Assembly: GCF_009914755.1 (NCBI RefSeq)
Contig: NC_060940.1
Reading direction: 5' to 3' (one strand)
Source of the DNA: the human T2T-CHM13v2.0 reference genome, Homo sapiens
Length of the DNA stretch: 64,000 nucleotides
Shown: positions 54,675-64,000 of the stretch, one piece after another
How the letters are laid out: each line of letters starts with the position of its first letter
Numbering within the stretch: the first letter of the stretch is position 1
Program-made: the position numbers and the translations under genes
The notes under the pieces: model-generated
Database searches by the model: none
Told to the model about the DNA's origin: nothing
The model's input: only the letters and a program-made list of their open reading frames with translations

Positions 54675-57600
54675 CCATTAGAGTCCATTTAATGATTCCA
54701 TTTGATTCCAGTCTCTGATGTTTACATTCGAGTCCATACGATGATTCCACTCAATTCCATATGATGATGATTCCATTCGATTCCATTCGATGATTCCATT
54801 CTATTCTATTCAATGGTGATTCCATTCGAGTACATTAGATGATTCCATTCGATTCCATTCAATGATGATTCTATTTGTGTCCCTTAGATGATTCCACATG
54901 ATTCCATTAGATGATGATACTATTTGAGCCCATCCAATGATTCCCTTCGATTCCATTCGATGAGGATTCCATTCGATTCAATTCATTGGTGATTCTATTC
55001 AATTCAATTCTTTGATTCAATTCCATTCCATTCGACAATGATTCCATTCGATTTCTTTCGATGATTCCACTCAATTTCACTTGACATTGATTCCATTCGA
55101 TTCCATTCAATGATTCCATTTGATTCCAGTGGATGATGATTGCCGTCGATTCCATTCGATCACTCCATTCTGTTCCATTTGATGATGATTACATTCGATT
55201 CCATTTGATGATTCCATCTGATTCTATTCGAGGATTCCATTTGATTCCATTCGATGATGATTCCATTCGAGTCCATTCGATGGTTTCATTCGAGTACATC
55301 CAATGATTCCATTCGAGTCCATTTGATGATTCCATTTCATTCCATTTGATTATGATTCTACTAGAGTCCATTCAATGACTCCATTCGAGTCCATTCAACA
55401 GTTCCATCCGAGTCCATTCGATGATTCCATTCGATTCCATTTGATGATTCCATTCGAGTCCATTTAATCATTACAGTCGAGTCCATTTGGTGATTCCACT
55501 GGATTTCTTTTGATAATGATACCATTCAATTACATTTGATGATGATCCCATTCAATTTCATTTGATGATGATTCCATTAGAGTCCATTCCCTGATTTCAT
55601 TCGAGTCCCTTCATTGATTCCATCCGATTTCATTTCATGATGACTCCATTCGAGTCCATTCGATGATTCCACTCGATTCCTTTAGATGATTCCATTGGAG
55701 TCCATTTGATTGTTCCATTCGATTCCATTCGATTCCTTTCGAAGATTATTCCATTTGAGTCCATTCGATGATGATTCCATTCCATTCCATTCGATGATTC
55801 CGTTTGATTCCATTCGATGATTCCCTGCGATTCCTTTCTATGATGATTCCATTCCATTCCATTCAATGATTCCATTCGAATCTATTCCATGATGATTCCT
55901 TTCGATTCCATTCGCTGATGTTTCCGTTCAATTCCATTCGATGATGATTCCATTCGATTCCATTCATTGAGGATTCCATTGGATTCCATTCAATGATGAT
56001 TCCATTCTATTCCATTCAATGATTGCATTCAATTCCATTCAATGATTATGCCATTAGAGTAAATTCAACGATTCCATTCAATACCATTCGATGATGATTC
56101 CTTTTGAGTCCATTCAATGATTTCATTCAAGTCCATTTGATGATTCCTTTCAATTCCATTCCATGATGATTCCATTCGAGTCCATTCGATGATTCCATTC
56201 GATTGCATTCGATGATTCCATTATATTCCATTCAACGATGATTCCATTCGAGTCCATTCGATGATTCCATTAGAGTACATTTAATGATTGCTTTGTTTTC
56301 AATTCGAAGATGATTACATTGGATTCCATTCTATGATTCCATTCGATTGCATTCATTGATGATTCCACCCAATTCCATTCGATGATGATTCCATTCGATT
56401 TCAATGATTCTACTCGATTCCATTCAATGATGATTCAATTCTATTCCGTTTGATGATTCCATTAGATTCCATTCTATGATGATTCCATTCGAGTCCATTC
56501 GAAGATTTCATTCGTTTACATTCCATGACGATTCCATTCGAGTCCATTCGATGATTCCATTTGAATCCATTCGACGATGATTCCATTTGATGCTATTCGA
56601 TGATTCCATTGGATTCCATTCGATGATGATTCCATTCGACTTGATTTGATGTTTCTATTTGAGTCCATTCGGTTATTTTATTAGACTACATTCGATGATG
56701 ATTCCATTCGATGCCATTCAATGATTCCATTTGATTCCACTCAATGATGATTGCATTCGTGTCCATTCGATGATTCCATTTGGTTCCATTTGATGATGAT
56801 TCCATTCGAGTCCATTCGATGATACCATTCAATTCCATTCGATGATCATTCCATTCGAATCCATTTGATGATTCCACTCAATTCCATTTGATGACTCCTT
56901 TCATTCCCATTCGATGATTCCCTTCAGTTCCAATTGGATGATCTTTCCATTTGATTCAATATGGTGACTCCATTCTATTATATTCAATGATGATTCCATT
57001 CGACTCCATTAGATGATGACTCCATTCCATTCCATTCGATTGTGATTTCATTCGATTCCATTCGAAGATGATTCCATTCGAGTCCATTTGATGATTCCAT
57101 TCGATTCCATTCAATGATGATTCCACTCAAATCCATTGGATGATTCCATTCGTTTCCAATTGGTGATTTCATTAGATTCCATTCGAGGATGATTCTATTC
57201 GAGTCCATTCAATGATTCCATTGGATTCCGTTTGATAATGATTCCATTAGAGTTCATTCGATGATTCCCTTCGAGTCCATTCGATTATTTCTTTTGATTC
57301 CATTTGATGATGATTCCATTCGATTCCATTCAATGATTCCATTCCATTCCATTCGATGATGATTCCATTCGATAATGATTACATTCGAGCCCATGTGATG
57401 ATTCCATTAGATTCTATTCAATGATGATTCCATTCGACCACATTCGATGATGGCATTCGAGTCCATTCGATGATTTCACTCGATTCCACTTGATGATGAT
57501 TCCTTTTGAGTCCATTTGATGATTACATTCGAGTCCATGAGATGACTCCATTCGATTCCATTTCATGATGATGCAATTCGAGGCTATTCGATCATCCCAT

Positions 57601-60600
57601 TTTAGTGCATTCGGTGATTCTCTTTTATTACATTCGATGAGGGCTCCATTCGAGTCCATTCAATGATTCCATTAGATTCCACTCGATGATGATTCCATTT
57701 GAGTCCATTCAAAGATTCCTTTCGAGTCCATTCGATAATTCTATTGGATTCCACTAGGTGATGATTCCTTTCGAGTCAATTCGATGATTCCTTTCAAGTG
57801 CCTTCAATGATTCCATTCGATTCCATTCGATGACGATTCATTTCAAGTCCATTCAATGGTTCCATTCTGTTGAATTTGATGGTTCCATTTGATTCCATTC
57901 GATGATGATTCCATTCGTGTCCATTGGATGATTCCATTCGATTCCTTTCGAGGAAGATTCCATTCGACTCCATTCGATGATTCCGTTCGATTCCATTCCA
58001 TGATGATTCCATTTGATTCCATTCCATGATTCCATTCGATACCATTCGATGATGATTCCATTCGACTCCATTTGATGAATCCATTCAATGCTTCCATTCG
58101 AGTCCATTCGATGATTCCATTCGATTCCATTCCATGAAGATTCCATTCGAGTACATTTGATGATTCCATTTAATTCCATAGGATGATGATTCTATTAGGG
58201 TCCGTTGACTATTCCATTCAATTCCATTCGAAGATTCCATTCGAGTCCACTCGATGATTCTATTTGATTCCATTTGATAATTCCATTCGATTCCATTTGA
58301 TGTTGATTCCATTCGAGTCCATTCGATCATTATTACATTTGATTCTATTCGATGATTCCATTCGATTCCATTTGATGAGGATTCCATTCGAGACCATTTG
58401 ATGATTCCATTCAATTCCATTGGATGATTCCAATATTTTCCATTAGATGATGATTCCATTCGATTCCATTCAATGATGATTCCATCAGAATCCATTCGAT
58501 GATGACTCCTTTTGCTTCCATTCAATGATCATTACATTCGGTTCCATTCGATGATGATTCCTTTGGATTCCATTCGATGATGCTTCCATTCGATTCCATT
58601 TGATGATGATTCTTTTCGATTCCATTTGATGATGATTCCATTTGATTCCATTCGATGGTGATTCCATTTGATGATTCCATTCGATTGTATTCGATGATGA
58701 TTCCACTCGATTCTATTTGATGATGACTGCATTCGATTCCATTTGATGATTCCATTTGATTCCATTCGATGATGATTCTGATCAATTGCATTCGATGATC
58801 CATTCGATTCCATTTGATGGTTCCATTTGATTCCATTTGATAATGATTCCTTTCGAGTCCATTCGATGATTCCATTTGCGGATATTCGATAATTCCATTT
58901 GAGTCCAACCGATGATTCCATTCGAGGCCATTCAATCATTCTTTTTGAGTCCTTTCGATAAAGATTCCATTTTAGTCCATTCAATAATTCCACTGGAGTC
59001 CATTCGATGATTGCTTTTAATTCCATTCGATGATATTCCATTCGAGTCCATTCGATGATTCCATTCGTTGCTATTAGATGATGATTCCATTCATGACCAT
59101 TTGGTGATTCCATTCGATTTCATTCGTTGATGATTCCATTCGAGTCCATTCCATGATTCCATTCAAGTCCATTTGATGATTTCTTTGAATTCAATTCGAT
59201 GATGATTCCATTCGAGTCCATTCGATGATTCCATTCAGTTCCATTCGATGATGATTCCTTTCGAGACCATATGATGATTCCATTTGATTTCATTCGATGA
59301 TGATTCCATTCGATTCCATTCGATGATTCCATTCTATTCCATTCGATGATGATTCCATTCGAGTCCATTTAATGATTCCATTGGGTTCAATTCAATGATG
59401 ATTACATTGGATTCTCTTCTATGATACCATTCAATTCCGTTCATTGACAATTTGATTCCATTCGATGATGATTCCATTTGAGTTCATTCGATGATTCTAT
59501 TCGATTCTCTTCGATGGTGATTCAATTCTATTATATTGGATGATTCCATTCGATTCCATTTGATGTTGATTCAATTCGATTCTATTCGATGATGATTCCA
59601 TTGGATTTCATTTGATGATTCTATTCGATTCCATTCAATGATGATTCACTTCTCGTCCATTGGATGATTCCATTTCATTCCATTCGATGATGATTCCATT
59701 CGATTCCATTCGATGATTCCATTTGATTCCATTCGACGGTGAGCAATTCGATTCAATTCCATGATGATTCTATTTGATTCAGTTAGATGATGTTTCCATT
59801 CGAATCCATTCCATGATTATTCCATTGGAATCCATTCGGCGATGATTCCATATGAGTCAATTCAATGATGCTTCCATATGGGTCAGTTCGATGATAATTC
59901 CATTTGATTTCATTCGATGCTTCTATTCAATTCCAGTCGATGATGATTCCGTTGGAGTCCATACGATGACTCCATTTGATTTCATTTGATGATGATTCCA
60001 TTCGATTCCATTCGATGACTCCATTCTGTTCCATTCGATGATGATTCCATTCGAGTCCATTCGATGATTCCATTCGAGTCCATTTCATGATTCCATTGGG
60101 TTCAATTCGATGATGATTACACTGGATTCCATTCTATGATTCCATTCAATTCCATTCGTTGATGATTCGATTCCATTCAATGATGATTCCATTTGAGTTC
60201 ATTCGATGATTCTATTCGATTCCGTTCGATGGTGATTCAATTCTATTATATTGGATGATTCCATTCGATTCCATTTGATGATGATTCCATTCGATTCCAT
60301 TCGATGATGATTCCATTTGATTCCATTTGATGTTGATTCTATTCGATTCTATTCAATGATGATTCCATTCGATTTCATTTGATGATTCTATTCGATTCCT
60401 TTCGATGATTCTATTCCATTCCATTCGATGATGATTCAATTCTCTTCCATTGGATGATTCCATTTTATTCCATTCGACGATGACTCCATTTGATTCCATT
60501 CAATGATGATTCCATTCGATTCCATTCGGTGATTCCATTTGATTCCATTCGACGGTGAGCAATTTGATTCAATTCCATAATGATTCTATTTGATTCAATT

Positions 60601-63600
60601 AGATGATGTTTCCATTCGAATCCATTCGGTGATGATTCCATTGGTATCCATTCGACGATGATTCCATATGAGTCAATTCGATGATGATTCCATACGAGTC
60701 CGTTGGATGATAATTCCATTTGATTTCATTCATTCCTTCTATTCGATTCCACTTGATGATGATTCCATCTGAATCCATTCTCCGATTCCATTCGATTTCA
60801 TTCGATGCTTCTATTTGATTTCATTCGAAGATGATTCCTTTCAATTCCGTTCATTAATTCCATTTGATTCCATTCGATGATGATTCCATCCGATTCCATT
60901 GGATGATGATTCCATTCGAGTCCATTCGATGATTCCGTTCTAATCCATTCTATGATTCCATTCGAGTCCATTCGATGATTCCATTCGATTCCATTCAGTG
61001 ATGATTCCATTTGATTCCATCTGATGATGATTTCATTTGATTCCATTCGATGATGATTCCATTGGAGTCCATTGAATGATTCAATTCAATTCCATTCCAT
61101 GTGGATTCCATTCGAATTCATTCGATTATTCCATTCAAATCCCTTCGTTGATTCCATCTGATTCCACTTGACGATGATTCCATTCAAGTCCAATCGATGA
61201 TTCCATTCGGTTCCATTCAATGATTCCATTCGAGTCCATTTATGTATTATATTCGTGTCCACTTGATGACTCACTCCATTCAATTCCATTTAATGATGAT
61301 TCCATTTGATTCCATTTGATGATTCAGTTCGATTCCTTACAATGATTCCCTACGATTCCTTTCTATGATGATTCCATTCGATTCCATTCATTGATGATTC
61401 CATTCGACTCCATTCGATGATGATTCCTTTCGATTCCATTTGACGATGTTTCCATTTGAGTCCATTCGATGATGATTCAATTCAGTTCTGTTCTATTGTG
61501 AATCCATTCGATTTCATTCAATGCTTCTATTTGATTCCATTCGACGATGATTCCATCTCTTTCCCTTCGATGATTCCATTTGATTCCATTCAGTGATGAT
61601 TCCATTTGATTCCATCTGATGATGATTTCACTTGATTCATTTCAATGATGATTCCATTCAAGTCCATTCGATGATTCCATTGGAGTCCAAACGATCATTC
61701 CATTCGATTCCATTCAATGATGATTCCATTCATGTCCATTCAATGATTCCTTTCAATTCCATTCGATGATGACTCCATTCGAGTACATTCGATGATTCCA
61801 TTTGATTCCATTTGATGATGATTACATTCAATTCCATTCGAAGATGATTCCATTCAATTCCACTTGATGATGATTCCGTATGAATCCATTCGCTGATTAT
61901 TCCATTCGATTCCATTCATTGACGATTCCATTCGATTCCATTCAATGATGATTCTCTTCTATTGCATTCGATGATTCCGTTCGATTCCATTCGATGATGA
62001 TTCCATTAGATTCCATTCGATTGTTGCATTCGATTCCCTTCGATGATGATTCCTTTGAATTCCATTCGATTATGATTCCGTATGAATCCATTTGATGATT
62101 ATTCCATTGGATTCCTTTCGATGATGATTCCATTCGATTCCATTTGATGATGTTTCTCATGTATTCCATTTGATAATTCCTTTCAATTCCCTTCGATGAT
62201 GATTCTTTCGAGTCAATTCGATGATTCTATTCCATTCCCTTCGATGATGATTCCATTTCACTCCATTCGATGATTCCATTCGATTCAATTTGGTGATGAT
62301 TCAATTCGATGACATTCGATGACTCCATTCAATTTCATTTGATGATGATTACATTCGAGTCCATTTGATGATTGTATTCCTTTCCTTTTGATGATTATTC
62401 CATTCGTGTCTATTCAAAGATTCCATTCTATTCCATTCAATGATGATTCCAATTGATTCCATTCAATGATTATGGCTATCGATTCCACTCGTTGATTCCA
62501 TTTGATTCCATTCGATGATTATTCCGTTAGATTCCATTAGGAGATTCCATTCGATTTTATTCAATGATTCCAATTGATTCCATTCAATGATGATTCCATT
62601 CCACTCCGTTCAGTGATTCCATTTGAGTCCATTTGAGGATTCCATTCGAGTCCATTTGATGATTCCATTCTTTTCCATTTGATGATGATTCCATTAGGGT
62701 CCATTCAATGATTCCATTCGAGTCCATTCGTTAATGCCTTTCGAGTCCTTTTGATCACTACATTCGAGTCCATTCAATGATTCTATTCGATTCCATTCCA
62801 TGATGATTCCATTCGAGTTCATTCGATGATTGCATTCGAGTCCATTTGATGATTCCATATGATTCCATTCGACAATGATTCCATTCGTGTCCATTTGATG
62901 ATTCCATTCATTTCCTATCGATGAAGATTCCATTCGAGTGTATTCGATGATTCCATTCAAATCCATTCGATGATGATTCCATTCCAGTCCATTCGATCAT
63001 TCCACTTGATTCCATTTGATGACTATTCCATTCAAATCCATTTGATGATTCCATTCGATTCCATTCGATGTTACCATTCCAGTATATACGATGATTCCAC
63101 TCGATTCCATTTGATGATTATTCCATTGGAGTCGACTTAGTGAATCCTTTAGATTCTACTCGAAGATGATTCCATTCGAGTCCATTCGATGATACCATTC
63201 AATTCCATTCGTTGATGCTTCCATTCAAGTGCATTCGATGATATCATTCGATTCCATTTGATGATAATTCCATTTGATTCCATGTGATGATTCTATTCCA
63301 TTCCATTCAATGATAATTCCATTCAATTCAGTGATTCCTCTGGACTCCATTTGATGATGATTCCATTCAATGATTCCATTCGATTCTATTCGAAAATGAT
63401 TCCATTTGAATCCATTTGATGATGATTCCATTCGATTCCATTTGATGATTCCATTCGATTCCATTCGACGATGATTCCATTCGATTCCATTTGATGATTC
63501 CATTCTATTCTATTCGATGATGATTCCATTCGATTCCATTCGATGATGATTGGATTCGATTCCATTTGATGATTTCATTTGATTCCATTCGATGATGATT

Positions 63601-64000
63601 TCGATCAATTCCATTCGATGATTCCATTCGATTCCATTTGATAATGATTACATCCGAGTCCATTCGATGATTCCATTTGAGCCCGTTCGATAATTCCATT
63701 TGAGTCCAATCAATGATTCCATTCATTTCCATTCAATGATTCCATTCGAGTCCATTTGATCATTCCGGTAGGGTCCGTTCGATGTTGATTCCATTGGAGT
63801 GCATTCGATGATTCCATTCGAGTCCATTTTAGGATTTGATTCGAGTCCTTTCGATGATTCCATTCGATTCCACTCGATGCGATGATGATTTCATTCGAGT
63901 CCATTCGACACTTCCAATCGATTCCATTTGATGTTTCCATTCGAGTCCAATTGATGATTCCATTCAATTCCATTCGATGATGATTCCGTACGATTCCATT
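54675..64000 (+). repeat. Higher-order repeat unit A, copy 3 (truncated by window end; lacks the internal duplication, period 11,824 bp)
   Basis: The offset to copy 2 is 12,664 up to ORF 61086, then 11,824 (49906/61730, 50870/62694, 51401/63225), a difference of exactly 840 bp. Confidence 0.92.

Larger units (their letters stand above)
1..64000 (+). repeat. Human/great-ape Satellite II (HSat2/HSATII) tandem array, CATTC strand on +
   Basis: Every line consists of diverged ATTCCATTCG-ATTCCATTCG-ATG(ATG) units, e.g. 'gatgattccattcgattccattcgatgatgattccattcgagtccattc'. Frequent TCGA (TaqI) and GANTC (HinfI) sites and ATG spacers distinguish it from the simpler (CATTC)n HSat3. No non-satellite sequence and no strand switch seen. 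Confidence 0.98.

Noticed and set aside
110-63973. Roughly 170 minus-strand ORFs of 60-193 aa (e.g. the 193-aa ORF at 9826/33208/45868/58532)
   Set aside because: They are direct translations of the satellite. GAATGGAATC supplies ATGs and few stops on the minus strand, while GATGA puts TGA stops throughout the plus strand. They overlap in all three frames with the same motifs, have no domain-like content, and are opened or closed by random SNVs and indels between copies.
1-64000. CRISPR-like or other repeat-spacer array
   Set aside because: There are no constant repeats separated by unique spacers and no cas or other genes. All variation is point divergence from one satellite consensus.
1-64000. 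HSat3, alpha satellite or telomeric repeat
   Set aside because: CATTCGATTC plus ATG spacers in 23/26-bp units is HSat2. There are no long pure (CATTC)n runs, no 171-bp monomers and no TTAGGG arrays.
1-64000. Embedded Alu/L1/LTR insertions or strand inversions
   Set aside because: No poly(A) tails, GC-rich segments or GAATG-oriented stretches were seen on the + strand. The ORF track stays exclusively minus-strand throughout, consistent with one orientation.
1-64000. Assignment to a specific chromosome or HSat2 subfamily
   Set aside because: This cannot be determined reliably by eye; it needs alignment or subfamily-specific k-mer classification.
1-64000. A previously undescribed gene-based biological system or encoded message in the variant pattern
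   Set aside because: All observed structure is accounted for by satellite monomers, CpG decay and duplication, deletion or conversion among copies. Nothing supports coding, structured RNA or programmed diversification.

Overview
The whole 64 kb window is one uninterrupted, single-orientation array of primate (most likely human) Satellite II (HSat2/HSATII) pericentromeric DNA. It is built from diverged 23-bp and 26-bp units of the form (ATTCCATTCG)2(ATG)1-2, with CATTC on the + strand throughout. I see no genes, RNA genes, transposon insertions, CRISPR arrays or inversions. The many minus-strand ORFs (MESSSNGIEWNH-type peptides) are translation artefacts of the repeat. The real information is the higher-order architecture, which I mapped by using identical ORF translations and rare k-mers as landmarks. 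From about 29.35 kb to the end there is a near-identical higher-order repeat with periods of 12,660, 12,664 and 11,824 bp. The period differs by an internal 836/840-bp tandem duplication and a 4-bp indel. The first 29 kb is a rearranged mosaic of the same unit, with 2.6-2.75 kb deletions, 3.5 and 4.1 kb jump-backs and a shortened variant block repeated about 21.03 kb apart. Small indels are mostly whole 23/26-bp monomers, some breakpoints appear to be re-used, and diagnostic variants are patchily shared between copies. I found no support for a novel protein-coding or RNA-based system. Junction coordinates were read by eye and are approximate (about +/-30 bp).
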